Positions 11,806-25,266 of a stretch of DNA of 64,000 bases are shown one piece after another. The stretch is from Octopus sinensis (taxonomy: Eukaryota): positions 17,236,001 through 17,300,000 of the forward strand of contig NC_043023.1 of the NCBI RefSeq assembly GCF_006345805.1, read 5' to 3'. Every line of letters begins with the position of its first letter. Within the stretch, counting starts at the first letter, position 1. The notes below the pieces were generated by a model that saw only the letters and a list, made by a program, of their open reading frames with translations, was not told the origin of the DNA and searched no databases. The translations under genes were made by a program, and so were the position numbers.

Positions 11806-14800
11806 GTGTCAGATCTCCGCTTGGAGCTACTGGTAACATGTAACCCAGTACAACCTGTTACATGGTCGGGTCGTTGGAGACTAAACTGGCAACCCCACCA
11901 AGGTTTCTTGGTGAAGAGGGTGATTTGGACACCCAGCAGGACTAAAAACAAAACCTGTCAAAGGGCAGAGGAACTCTCTCATGCGTCAATGGCCATCCAA
12001 AATCCGGAGTGGAGCCCCTAAGGCGGTTGGATTGTGCCCATGCGTGCCACCTTCCGGCAGCTCCTGCATCCTGGTCTACCCCCAGCCGTCTTGACTTTGT
12101 CTTGCCACTGGATCCGGCGCACCAGGACGAGAGAGTGAGGCTGATCCTGCGCAAGTCACCCTCACTATAATCCAAGTCACGCGCATGTCATGACATCATG
12201 ACACCATCACAAAGTCCTGTGGCGATGGGGAAACGGCGAAGTAGCAGGTGAGGATACACTGGGAGCTGCAGTCGTGAACCCACACACAGGCGGCTCAGGA
12301 CATGTGGTCGCCCCTCACTGAACTGAGGCATCAGTGGAGTCCGGCAGCCTCCTGAGTGACCGAGCAGCTCTCTTCAGGATCGCTCTGCTCGCCTCCCCAG
12401 CATGAGGACGGGGCTAGAAAAGGTTGCCCTAAACTTAGCCTGCCTCACCTCACCCTGGTCAGCAAACCGCGGCTGGCGGTGTTCCTTTCCAAGCGGTCGA
12501 AACAAAGAAAGAAAACAAACAAAGGTGCTCACTTTCGCAACTTGGAACGTGAGAACTCTGCTTGACAACACCAAAGCGGACAGACCAGAGAGACGAACTG
12601 CCCTGGAGGCCAGAGAACTGAGCCGATACAATGTCGATATCGCAGCACTGAGCGAGACCTGCCTTGCGGACAAAGGCCAACTGACAGAGAGACAGGCGGC
12701 GGCTACACTTTCTTTTGGAGTGGTCGCAGCAGCGAAGAGCGTCGTGAGGCTGGTGTTGGTTTTGCCATCAAGTCAGTAAACGTGCGGAAACTAGAAAGCT
12801 CCCCCGAGGTTATCAACGATCGGCTGATGAAGATGCAGCTCCCACTTGGAAACAAGACTAGTGCGACCATCATCAGCGCTTACGCCCCCACCATGACCAA
12901 CCCTGAAGAAGTTAAGGACAGGTTCTATGAAGAACTCGACTCCCTCATCACGTCAGCCCAGCCTGGGAAGCTCATCCCCTTTGGGGATTTTAACGCCCGT
13001 GTCGGGACTGACCACCAAGCCTGGCATCGCGTGCTTGGAAAGCAAGGAATCGGAAAGTGCAACAACAACGGGCAGTTCCTCCTGCGTGCGTGTGCCTCTC
13101 ATGATCTTACCATCGCCAACACCTTGTTCCGTCTGCCAACACGCAACAAGACATCATGGATGCATCCACGCTCCAAACACTGGCATCTGATAGATTACGT
13201 CATCGTCAGGGCGAAAGACAGGCGGGACGTGAGACTAGTCAAAGCCATGTGCGGAGCTGATTGCTGGACGGCCCATCGCCTCATCATTTCCAGGATGGAT
13301 TTCTGCACCCGACCTAAGAGAAGACCACAGGGTCAGAAAGTGACGAGGAAGCTTAACATCACGAAATTAAAGAACCAGCTAACTGCACAAGATCTCCAGT
13401 CACGTATGGACAGCAAGCTGTTGGACATTCGGAATGACCAGTCCAGCATCGATGAGCAGTGGGAATCATTCAGGGACACGGTTCATTCCATCGCCCTTGA
13501 AACTCTAGGCCAAGTTACGAGGAACCACCGGGACTGGTTCGACGAAAACGACCAGGAAATCCAAAAGCTCCTGGAAGAGAAACGCCGTCTGCTGCGGGCT
13601 CACCAAAATGACACCACCTGCACGGCAAAGAAGGCTGCTTTCAACAACATTCGCAGCACAGTCCAGGCAAAACTCCGCCTCATGCAAGACGCATGGTTAA
13701 GCGCCAAGGCGGATGAGATTCAGGGATACGCAGACAAACAAGACACCAAGAAATTCTACGAGGCGCTGAAAGCTGTCTATGGACCGCAGTTCTCCTATGG
13801 ATCAACCCCCCTGCTCAGCACGGATGGAACCTCACTCCTGACTAACAAGAGGCTGATCCTGGAGAGATGGGCGGAGCATTTCAACATCGTGCTCAACCGA
13901 CCAGCCCAGATCAACGAGGAAGCCATCGCACGACTCCCCCAGGTGCCGACAAACCACGAGCTGGCTGTTCCCCCTGCAGTCGAGGAAGTGAGCAGAGCCA
14001 TCAAAAAAATGTCCACCGGCAAAGCTCCAGGCTCTGACGCCATCCCTGCAGAGGTGTTCAAGTCGGGCGGCCCCACCATGATCAGTCAGCTCACCAGCCT
14101 GTTCCAGTCGATGTGGGACAGGGAACAACTCCCTCAAGATTTCCGGGACGCAACAATCGTCCACATTTATAAGCGGAAAGGAGATCCACCGACAACCACC
14201 GAGGGATCTCCCTCTTGTCCATAGCAGGCAAGATCCTGGCCCGAGTCCTGCTTGACCGCCTTCTGGAACACTTGGAGCAAGGCCTTCTCCCTGAGAGCCA
14301 GTGTGGCTTCCGCGCGGGTCGAGGGACCACTGACATGATATTCGCCGCCCGCCAGCTCCAGGAGAAATGCATGGAGCAGCACCTTGACCTCTGCATGACC
14401 TTTGTTGACCTCACCAAGGCTTTCGATACAGTCAGTCGGGAGGGACTATGGAAGGTCATGGGAAAATTTGGTTGCCCCAGCAAATTTATTGCAATTGTCC
14501 GCCAGTTCCACGACGGAATGACAGCCAGAGTCCTTGAAGACGGCAACTCATCTGAAGCCTTCCAGGTGACCAACGGAGTCAGGCAGGGCTGTGTCCTGGC
14601 CCCAACACTGTTCAGCATCATGTTCTTGGCAATGCTGTCCGACGCCTTCAGGGACTGCAAGTCCGGTATCGACATCAAGTACAGGACAGACGGGAAACTT
14701 TTCAACTCCAGAAGATTGCAGGCTGTCACAAAGGTAAGGGAGACAGTCGTCAGACACTTTCTCTTTGCTGACGACTGCGCCCTTAATGCAATCGATGAGC

Positions 14801-15757
14801 AGGAGATGCAGCTCGGGATGGACAGGTTCTCATCAGCCTGTGACAACTTCGGTCTCACCATCAGTGTCAAGAAAACCGAAGTGATGTTTCAGCCAGCCCC
14901 CGGCAAACAATACCATGAGCCTCAGATAAAGGTGAACGGACGGATCCTACGAGCGGTGGAAAACTTCACCTACCTGGGCAGCACTCTCTCCTGCAATGCC
15001 AACATAGATGCTGAAATCATCAACAGAATCCCCAAGGCAAGCAGCGCGTTTGGGAGACTGCGAAAGAAAGTCTGGGAGCGGAGAGGAATCAGCCTCAACA
15101 CCAAGCTGAAAGTCTACCGGGCAGTCGTGCTTACCACCCTACTATACGGCTGCGAGACGTGGACTGCTTACCGAAGGCACGAGCGCCAGATAAACCATTT
15201 CCACCTCAGGTATCTTCGGAACCTCCTTCACATCCGCTGGCAGGACAAAGTCCCAGACACGGAAGTTCTGGAGCAGGCAGATCTCCCTAGCACCATCACG
15301 ATCATGCGCAAGGCCCTGCTGAGATGGGCGGGCCACGTCTCCCGCATGTCCGACACTCGCATCCCAAAACAGCTCTTCTACGGTGAACTCAGCCAGGGCA
15401 AACGCAAAGTCGGAGGGCAGAAGAAGCGCTTCAAGGACAGTCTCAAGGTCTCTCTCAAAGACTTCTCCATCGGCACAGAGACTTGGGAGACACTTGCTGC
15501 CGACCGCTCATCCTGGCGCAGCGCAATCACCACAGGAGCAGGGACAGCCGAGGAAGGACGGATTCGGTCAGCAGAGCAGAAACGCCAGATGCGGAAAGCC
15601 AGAGCCGCCTGCACCAGTAGCACGGCCCCTATCCACTTCTGCCCCACCTGTGGGAGGGGCTTCCTTGCCCGGATTGGCCTCACCAGCCACCTCCGGTCTC
15701 ATAGCGGCAGTTCCACCAGATGACGTCAGTGATCATCTTCGAACCCGAAGGACGAAC
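11805..15757 (+). mobile_element. near full-length RTE-clade LINE
   Basis: GC-rich ~4-kb island with 5' UTR, AP endonuclease, RT and terminal C2H2 finger. The (TA)n(GA)nGC tract is duplicated on both sides; empty sites at ~35750 and ~59560. Confidence 0.95.
12402..15723 (+). pseudogene. RTE endonuclease/reverse transcriptase ORF with two frameshifts
   Basis: ATWNVRTL, AALSET, SAYAPT, GDFNA, HLIDY (APE); FVDLTKAFD, GVRQGCVLAP, LFADD, YLGS (RT); CPTCGRGFLARIGLTSHLRSH. Frameshifts near 12695 and 14190. Confidence 0.9.
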
Positions 15758-15858
<101 letters not shown>

Positions 15859-16444
15859 AACATTTGTTTTTGCTATGTCTAGGTTCCTGTAACATAGCAG
15901 TTCGGCGGAATAAGTGGTATTCTCGAGAAAGAGAAATACTGGTGTCGGTCTGTTGGACTAATCACATCACTGTGGTGCTCCAGCGTGGCTGTATTTAAAT
16001 GACTGAAAGGAGTAAGCAATCATCAATAAAATCTATTTAGTAAATACAATAATGAAGTGGTTTAAGGTATGTGTCCTGGGAGGTAATTCTTAAGATAAGA
16101 AAATATATATTTGAAAGTAGCTTCCCTTAAAAAAGGCAAATAAAAGCGATCAATAATCTTAGAATATGTGTGTTTATGTATGTATGTATGTATGTATGTA
16201 TGTATGTATGTATGTATGTATGAATGTATGTATGTATGTATGAATGTATGTATGTATGAATATATGTATGTATGTATGTATGTATGAATGTATGTATGAA
16301 TGTATGTATGTATGTATGTAAGTATGTATGTATGTATGTATGTATGTATGTATGTATGTATGTGTGTATGTATGTATGTATGTATGTATTAATGTGTGTA
16401 TGTATGTATGTATGTATGTATGTATGTATATACGTATGTATGTA

Positions 16445-17105
16445 GGTACATACACATCCCTATTCCTTGCATGTATACTAACATCGCTCCTTTACTCATA
16501 TGAGACATGGAACCATTACAAACGTCATGTAAGGGTCCTTGAACGCTTTGATCAAAGATGTCTGAGACACATTCTGAATGTTGGCTGGACCTTAAAAACT
16601 GCAGGCACACAGATCTTGAGGAAAGCTGATGTCCTGGGGATTGAGGCGACGATGTATAAGCCCTGGTTACGTTGGACTGGACACCTTATTAGAATGAAGG
16701 ATAGCAGGATATCTAAACAAATGCTATACGGGGAACTTGTGAGCGGAAAAAGGCTGTGATTTAATGACTGTGTCAAGTCCTCATTAAAGGCTTGTGATAT
16801 GCAGGAGAAAGACTGGGAGAGCAATGCCTGTCATTGCCACAGATGAAGGAAAAAGGTTAAGGAAGGGGTCGGCACCTTTGAGAGAGCACGTATTCAGCAT
16901 GAAGGATTTAAACGAGCTGCTCGAAAACGCATGGCTGGTGTAGTGATTGGGGAAAGCTTGGTCTGTAATGTTTGCAGTCGTGTATGAATGTCAACCAACA
17001 GAGCTGCAAATGCAAAATATAAGTTAGTCCTAGAGTGCACAATGTTCCTGAAGGTCAGCAATGGTCTTCCACGGTCACGAGTGGACGGCCATCATGTATC
17101 ATCAT
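16445..17105 (+). mobile_element. degenerate RTE 3' fragment
   Basis: TSLLYSYETW...QRCLRHIL...LRWTGHLIRM...KQMLYGEL; an internally deleted copy lies at ~36665-37025. Confidence 0.75.
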
Positions 17106-17394
17106 GTCTATACACACACACACATGTATATTAATGAATATATATATGTATGTATATAGATGTATATATGTATATAACTATATATATACATATATGTATA
17201 TAAATGTATATTATATATGTGTGTATATATATGTATATATATATATTATATATATATATAACTGTATATATGTATATAACTATATATATACATATATGTA
17301 TATAAATGTATATTATATATGTGTGTATATATATGTATGAGTATGTATATATATATATTAATGTAAATATATGTATATATGTATATATACATAC

Positions 17395-17467
<73 letters not shown>

Positions 17468-17874
17468 AAGTAAACATGTAACTCCTTGTTTATAAGGGTA
17501 GAAACTTGGTTTTTACGTAGAATATTTTGAACAATATATGAATAAATAAATGGAGTTTAACGCAGGTATAAATGAAATATTTTTACTTGCGACACATGTT
17601 TCGAAACTTCCACTGATACTATTCAAAAGAATAAATGGTATAAACAATGCAATCTTCTCTTCGGAAAAGTGAAAAAAACGAAACTCATCAATACGACATT
17701 TTAGCAAAAATTGATGGATTTGTATAGCGATTGACAGAACGCTATTAATATTGTTTTAAAAAGACGTTACATGATATAACGTCATAAGTAGCTAACAGAA
17801 ACAGTATGGATGTTAATAGTGAATGTTAAATATAAAGGAAATTAAAGTTTAAATTATATATAATTATAGAGACT

Positions 17875-18290
17875 ACTTATATGCACTAAATGTGTGTTTT
17901 GCCAAAGCTTACATCTGCATGCTCGCTCTATAACCGTGTTTTCTAGAGTATTTTTAGAAAAAATATTGAAAAATAGCTCAGAATTGAGAAGACAGAAATT
18001 ACTTGCCTTTGTAATAGGGTATCGAAATTGAGAGAATCAACCATTCTAAATGAAATTGTTCATTGTGGTCTTTTAAATCACAAATCAGTTTGCTGAGACC
18101 GGTACTATTACGTTTATTTCTATCCCTAACTGTTGTGTAATGGATAGAAATTCTTTTAGACAACTCTAACGATGTGCTTCCAATGTAAAATCGTACTTTA
18201 TTACGAGCACTGATTATACACTGGTATATAGAATTTTTAATCTTAGAGTTACTTGACATAAACTTAATTCTATTGGAATTGACTTCAGAT
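17875..18290 (-). mobile_element. Penelope-like element fragment (GIY-YIG endonuclease)
   Basis: SIYQC...FYIGSTS...H...TGLSKLI..LK...W motifs; paralog at 38806-39228. Confidence 0.75.
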
Positions 18291-18317
18291 ACATATATAT
18301 ATATATATGTGTGTGTG

Positions 18318-18368
<51 letters not shown>

Positions 18369-18370
<2 letters not shown>

Positions 18371-18660
18371 AGGCGCAATGGCCTAGTGGTTAGGGCAGCG
18401 GACCCACGGTCGCAGGATCGCGGTTTCGATTCCCAGACCGGGCGTTGTGAGTGTTTATTGAGCGAAAACACCTAAAAGCTCCACGAGGCTCCGGCAGGCG
18501 GTGGTGATCCCTGCTGTGCTCTTTCACCACTCTTTATCCCAATCTTTCTTCTGTTGGCCTGCTCGCTTAGCCAGCGGGGTGGCGTCATTTGAAGGCTAAA
18601 ACAATGCGAACGCATTGTGACCAGCGATGTGTAACAACATCTGTTGGTCTGGTCGGTCAC
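18369..18660 (+). mobile_element. tRNA-derived SINE
   Basis: GGCGCAATGGCCTAGTGGTTAGGG...GGTTTCGATTCC (A and B boxes); absent at the paralogous site near 39230. Confidence 0.85.
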
Positions 18661-18719
18661 ATATATTTAGATATATGTATTTATGTATGTAAATATGTAT
18701 ACTTGTATATTTTTCAGGA

Positions 18720-19050
18720 ATGGAGACAACAATTCAGTACCATTCGATTCCTCTTCTGCTACCAGCTTTGACACTTTTGCTTTTCGTGACTCTTGTAACT
18801 GCCGGAGAACCAACGAATAGAGAAGGTCACTTCAAAAAAACCACAACATCAAAATGCTTAATTGATGAGAATAAAACTACAAAAACCGCGTCATCTCGTT
18901 TAGAATGTGCGAGTCTGTGTCTTTCACGCGATGAGTGTCAATATTTTAGCTATTGTAATGGCCCGTGTTATATGCATCGATCGCTTTACAACGAAGAAAT
19001 TAAAGATCAGGATTGCACATGTTTATCGTATGTTTTACTCTCCGGAAACA
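18720..19050 (+). CDS. secreted PAN/apple-like protein, paralog 1, coding exon 1 (signal peptide + PAN-like domain)
   Basis: ttttcag|GA ATG...; hydrophobic leader LLLPALTLLLFVTLVTA; SRLECASLCLSRDECQYFSYCNGPC; donor A|gtatgt (phase 1). Model: join(18720..19050,20965..21056,24483..24625,25163..25266,26189..26238) = 720 nt, 239 aa. Confidence 0.85.
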
Positions 19051-19131
19051 GTATGTAAATCACAATTTTCTGGCAAATTGTTTCTAATTTCTGTATATTT
19101 TAATCATTATACCAATTGTTCTACAAACGCA

Positions 19132-19172
<41 letters not shown>

Positions 19173-19219
19173 TTATGTATGTATGTATGTATCTATGCGC
19201 AGATTTGTATGTGTTATGT

Positions 19220-19575
19220 ATGTATGCTCGCAAAGAAACGAACAAGGGACAACAATCAATGCACACTAACAAACTGTCCCATCCATGACATAGATTTATG
19301 CCAACAGGTAAATGTTGTGTATAGAATACAATGTTACAAATGCAACAAGTTCTATGTCGGTAGCACAAGAATACCGTTACACGTCCGCATCAAAGAACAT
19401 CTGAACACGATAGCCTCCTCCTTCAGAAAAGTTGCCGAAACACCGAAAAAAGCATAACAGTCACAATTGAGCCAGTGAAAGAAATGTGGGTAATTTAAGA
19501 ATTAAGGAAGCTATATTCATACGTAGACTCATACACGAGACATTGACGACCTCACGCATTTAGTGCTCTCATAGT
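19220..19575 (+). mobile_element. Penelope GIY-YIG fragment (intronic)
   Basis: NVVYRIQCYKCNKFYVGSTRIPLHVRIKEH; paralog at ~40460-40810. Confidence 0.75.
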
Positions 19576-19579
19576 CAGT

Positions 19580-20430
19580 ATATTTAAGAAAGGAGATAGA
19601 AAATCTTATGGAAACCATCGTGTAATCTCGCTACTTATTATTTTACGAAAGACCTTTGCTCAAATACCCTTGAACGGTCTCCACGTCATCGCAGAAAGAA
19701 TCCTTCCAGAATACCAGTGTGTTTTCCGAGCATTACTTGGAACCATAGTCTTGATCTGCGCCAGACAATTCCAAACAAATATCGAGAACAACAAAACCGT
19801 ATTTTCCTTATCATTTATGATCTGCAAAAGAATTTTGATAGAATACGAAGACCAGCTATATGGACGGTCCTTGATCAATTACTTCTTCTCTCTGATCATA
19901 CAATGGTATGACTGGGCGTTTCCTTCATCGTGATGGACTCTCAGAAGAATTCCCAATTACATCTGAATTGAAACATGTTTGCGTACCCGCTACTATGCTT
20001 TTCTCCTTATACCTTGCTGCAATGATCTATGAACTTCCCTCGGAAAAGCTGGGAAAGGATATCAGATATCGTTTTCATGAAAGACTCTTCAGCTTGGTGA
20101 GGTTTCGGTCAAAGAATCTTTCCAGTTCCAAGCGAATCTCAGAACTTCACTTCGTCGATGGCAACGTGATCACTCGGTCACTCAAGCTTAGAACCGCAAA
20201 AGGCTGTCATTGCGTATCAACGTTTTGAGCTCACTGTAAATTCTAAGAAATCTCAGTTCTTCGCCTAATCAATCCCGAATTCTGCCCTTCTGGACTTTAA
20301 CATCATAATTTCGGGCACACAACTGGAACGAGTTAATCACTTTGCATGCCTTAGAAGTGTGCTTTCCACCAAACACAATCCTGAGCGAGATGTGGAACGA
20401 GGAATCGGACCGGTTCACTCAGCTTTCTTT
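19580..20430 (+). mobile_element. degenerate RTE reverse-transcriptase relic (intronic)
   Basis: ILPESQCVFR, DLQKNFD, GLKQ..VPATMLFS and DIRYRF remnants; paralog at ~40815-41690. Confidence 0.65.
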
Positions 20431-20964
20431 GAAATAAATAAATGTCTTTCCTGAAAAATCATGGAAACTTCTGGAATGCACCTACTTTTTCTGTAAAATC
20501 TTATTGGTGTCACAAAAAGTTTACACAGATATGATCGTCATCAGTTGAGGCTGGAGCGAATGCTAAATTAAATGCGCCTAAGCGTAAGCGGCCCTTATCA
20601 ATGGGAGAAATCCAGTCGTAAATAGATGATTTAAACAGCGATGAAGAAGTGTTTTTCTGATTTTCTTTCATCATCAAATGTAGCAGATGATGTTGAAAAT
20701 GATGTTTTATATAATACAGAAAAAAATAATGCTTCAACTAGTTCTGGATGGAAAAAGTGCAGCGATTCTTCTCCATTTGTTTAAGACCAACAATTATTTT
20801 AGTTTTTGTGCTTAATTTAATGAAAATAAATATAAAAATTAGCTTTATGAAAAAGAGATTTTTTCGATTATTGTCCGTTTGTCACACACATTCATGCAAC
20901 CCTTTTCCGCCGTTTAAGGGTTTACATCTTGTTTGTATACTTACATTTTTTATTGCTGATTCAG

Positions 20965-21056
20965 GTACAAACTGGCAGAAAGTATTTGAGATGACCGAAA
21001 ACTCATTTAAGAAAAGCCCTATTTATTTGTACTGGGAAGACATGCCTATTGAAAAG
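20965..21056 (+). CDS. paralog 1, coding exon 2
   Basis: gattcag|GT...GAAAAG|gtaatg; (S)TNWQKVFEMTENSFKKSPIYLYWEDMPIEK; phases 1/0 fit the neighbouring exons. Confidence 0.8.
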
Positions 21057-21429
21057 GTAATGAATTTTTAGAATTTCAAGATGATTCTCATTGAATAACC
21101 AATCTACATATTTGTTGCTGTTTTACAATAATTACTAGTGTTTTCTTTTAAACGTTTAATTTCAGTTTCTGATGTTTGTTTTATTTTTAAAATCTATCTT
21201 TTTATGTTAGCAAGTTCCTTTGGCGGGGTTTCACGATAGAACGAGATCCAGACTAATTTTCCTTCTAAATTCCAATGGAATATTGTGCAGCGTTTTCATT
21301 TTGTGGCAAGAGTGTTGCTGTAAAATATACACGACGCATAGAAACCTATTTCTCTCCTATTTATTTCTCCTTTTTTTCTGTTTCACTAGCGAGACTTGGG
21401 GACTAAGGTCCGGCCTTTTATTTAGATTT

Positions 21430-22190
21430 TCATCATTTTCGCCAGGTATCTGATTAAGGGCTCTGATCTTTGCTTTAATAAGGGTTTTAGAATTCAGCTT
21501 TGACTGCAATGATTTTCTTACTCTCCTTGTGTACTCCCAATCGGTCGTTTGTTTCATTCATTTTTTATTTCGTCTGCTTTCAGTATTCCCAACTACTTTT
21601 ACCACCGTCCTTTCTCAACTGCTCCCATTGCTTGCCCATTTGGCATTTCAATTCCCTGGCTTCTTTCAAATGTTCCTCGTTTTATTTTCAATATAGCGCA
21701 CTTTTCTATCCCAAATTCCATAGCAACGTCATTTGAGAAAATGCGGATAATATTTACAAGATTTTCAAACTGTTTCTCATTTTTCGCATAAACTTTTGTA
21801 TCGTCCCTGAAAAGGAGATGATTTATCTGACCATTTCCTTTAACCAAATCGTAAGCAATTTTCACTTTTCATGGCCAATTCGAATAGTAACGGAGATAAG
21901 CTATCACCTTGAAATATTCCACGTCTGATGTTCACTTTTCCGGGATTTGTTTTTCTCCCATCATTTCAGTATTCCAATGTTCCATACTTTCATTTAGCAT
22001 TGTCATACGCTTTTTTCTAATTGTCATACGCTTTTTTCTAATCTAACCATGCTACATTCACTCCTGCCAATCATCTACCTCTGCAATTTCTAATTATTAT
22101 TTTATCATCTAATAGGTGATCTTTTGCTACCCTACTTTGGTTCCTGCATCCTTTCTGTTCTTTAGGTAATAGATTGTTACTTACCTGATG
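21430..22190 (-). mobile_element. degenerate R4/Dong-like RT relic (intronic)
   Basis: INHLLF(M/R)DD.KVYAK...FSNDV.MEFGIEKCA; paralog at ~42690-43490. Confidence 0.65.
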
Positions 22191-22432
22191 TTTGCAAGTT
22201 CCCTTTCAAGGGGTCCTTGACGCATTAGCAGCGCTCGTTCGCTTGTCAGCCATGCAGGTGCGCGACCTTGCTGCAGGCAGTCATCCTGTTGAACATCGAT
22301 CCTCTCTTCTTCTTCTTCTTCATCTTCTTCTTCTTCTTTTTCTTCTTCTTCTCCTTCTTCTTCTTCTTCTTCTTCTTCTTCTTCTTCTGTTTCTTCTCAT
22401 TATTATTATTATTGTAATTATTATTCTTATTC

Positions 22433-22472
<40 letters not shown>

Positions 22473-22484
22473 CATTATTATTAT

Positions 22485-22925
22485 TGTTCATGCCATCAAA
22501 GTGACACTGGGGTAAAATATACGAAGCCCAATATACCCATCATGACTACCCGTCTGATAAAGGTACACCAGGCACATGCATCACAACCATATGTGCGCGA
22601 CATGGTGATCTCATTCAAGATAAACAGCACATGACTTGCAGGTGGGGCCCAGTTAGAATTTTCTTCAGGTTGAGTAGCCCATCCCGCTCAAACGGTCCCT
22701 GAATAAGGGTTGTTAAGGATGTTGAAAGAACCACCCATGTTTCCAGAGGTGAACTATTCAAACCCCAAAGAATCCCTCTCAACACATGGCTATGATGCTC
22801 CCCCACTACTTCTGCTCGTGATCAGAGATGCACATATCGTCAGCACTAAGGGACATGCTCAACTGGTTAAGGTCAACAACTGACAAGCAATCTGTGGTAT
22901 TGAGCAGAATATTTGCTGTAGCCCT
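22485..22925 (-). mobile_element. non-coding interspersed element inserted in (TTA)n
   Basis: Longer copy at 59833-60372, also flanked by (TTA)n; absent at the paralogous site near 43700. Confidence 0.65.
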
Positions 22926-22983
22926 ATTATCATTATTATTATTGTTATTATTATTATTATTATTATTATTTTCATCATTATTA

Positions 22984-23025
<42 letters not shown>

Positions 23026-23210
23026 TATGTTTGACTTTTGCTTTATGTCTGTACAAGATGGCTCCAAGTCTCACCCAGAGACCTCAAGAGACAACAGGTT
23101 GGAAATTCACATTGTTGTTATGCCTAGTGTGCCCTATATTTGGGGGGCTTTTTTGGTGTTGTACTAGTGAATGTATAATACATAAAAATGAGAAAAAAAA
23201 AGATAAAAAA

Positions 23211-23270
<60 letters not shown>

Positions 23271-24482
23271 AAAGAATCAGAATAATTAGAGCGCAGAATA
23301 CAATGCTCGTGGTATTTAATTCCGGATCTTTATTTTCCGAGTTCAATTTCCGCCGAAGTCGACTTTGCCTTTCATCATTCATGGAACGATAACATAATGT
23401 GACAAACGTCATCAGATCGTAGAGACGCGGGATTTCATAGACAGCAACATAACCGAGAGTGTCTCGATATTGAATCAGTGTGTTTAAGAGGAATACTTCA
23501 AGGTTACGAAAGAGACTGGTACAAATGGATCAGAATGTGGAATGGTTCAATCTCGTCATCGGTGCTTTGGTGTAAGAAGAGCGCGAAGGTTAAAAGGCAT
23601 TATGAGCATTATAACTAAGAAGAAAAGGGGATTTAAGGAGGAGTTTGGAAGGCGATGATTTGACACCTGAATTGGATCGATGAGGAATAAATATTTTGAA
23701 GTAGATTAACAAGGATTTTTAACTGCTAAGATCGAAAGAAGAATGGTGAGTGGTTATAAGTGTAGGAATATAGGGTTGAGTAGACATGAGGTGGAGAAAG
23801 AAGGGGAGAGATTATAAGAAGATTCTGTGTCAGCGAGGAAAAACGTTTGTCAGAAGCTACTATCCCTCTGGCATCTGCTCCACCTAAGAGTCTTGACCAA
23901 GGAATAGGCAGATCTAAAGCCCCTTTCTTGAGGTGATGTCATAATTCCTTTACATCCGTTCCTGATATCTCTCTTGATTCCTCCACAGAACATCGATATG
24001 TCTTTGATGTGGGATCGATTCTTGCTGGTTTTGTCTTTGTTTTACCCTGATTTTGTCAGGGTTTTCTAGTTCCTATAGATGCAACAAAACTTTTAGAAAG
24101 ACTCCGAAATCATGACTCATTAGTTAGTAGTCTGATTCTCTGTCTCGTAAGTCAGCCACGTTTTCCTCTTAAACCCAATCACTTTCTGTCTTAATTTTGC
24201 ACTTCTAACGCGACATACCATCTCGTCTTCTTATCTTCCTTCCTTCTGTCTGTCTGTCTCTATCTCTCTTCCTCCCCTCCTCTTCCTCTTATTTTCTGTA
24301 TTCTCTAGTCTTTTTCTCTTGCACTCAAAGTCTCAGTCTTCCCCCCACTATTCTCTCCATCTCATTTTCACCCTCCTACTATTTCCTTATATCACATCCT
24401 AGTCTCCTTTCTCTTCCTACAACACTGCCATCCCTCATTCTCTGAGATTTGTCACTGGTTCGAGTTTACTTTCCATTTGCAG

Positions 24483-24625
24483 GTGGAATATCGGGTGAAA
24501 AAACCATCAGAAGATGATGACGTATTCATTTTCCGTGGAACAGGCACGAATTCTACATCATGGTTCCAGAAAGATAAAATCATTGCACAGCAATGGCATA
24601 CAGAAATGGTGACTTTCAATGCGAA
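24483..24625 (+). CDS. paralog 1, coding exon 3
   Basis: catttgcag|GTG...GCGAA|gtatat; VEYRVKKPSEDDDVFIFRGTGTNSTSWFQKDKIIAQQWHTEMVTFNA; phases 0/2. Confidence 0.78.
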
Positions 24626-25162
24626 GTATATATCATCTTACTCATAACTAACATCTTTAATTATTTAATAATTGTACTTTTGAACACTTTCACGGTGTAT
24701 ATATAAGAGGAAAGTACACAGATATACTTTATGTCTCATCGTTGTATAATATTATAATTCCATAATAATAATCCTTTCTCCCGTAGGCAGAACGTCTGAC
24801 AGTTTGTTGGGGACGCAAGGGGGGGTCGATTGCATCGGTACCAGTGTCAAACTGGTAATTATTTCAACGACTCCTGAAATGGTGATAGGCAAAGTCGACC
24901 TCGGCGGAATTTGAACTCAGGATGTATAGACGGACAAAATACTGCTAAGCATTTTATCCGCCATGCTAAAGATTCTGCCAACTCGCCGCCTTATAATAAT
25001 GATAATGATAATGTTTTCGTTATGAACCTTAAGGTTTGACAAAAAGATCGATGAGGGTACAATCGATTTTGTGTGGGATTACATTTAAAAAAAGCATGTA
25101 AACATAGAAAATAACAAAAATATAAGAAAAACAATTTATCAATTGTAATATATTAGTTTCAG

Positions 25163-25266
25163 TTACCCGGAGTTTACCATTGCGAATAACTACAGGAGGA
25201 TAGAAGCCAAAAGAAAAAGTGGAAATAAGGAAGAGTACGATATTTTTTACAAAAGGCCGACCGGTT
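25163..25266 (+). CDS. paralog 1, coding exon 4
   Basis: gtttcag|T...GGTT|gtaagt; (N)YPEFTIANNYRRIEAKRKSGNKEEYDIFYKRPTG; phases 2/1. Confidence 0.75.
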
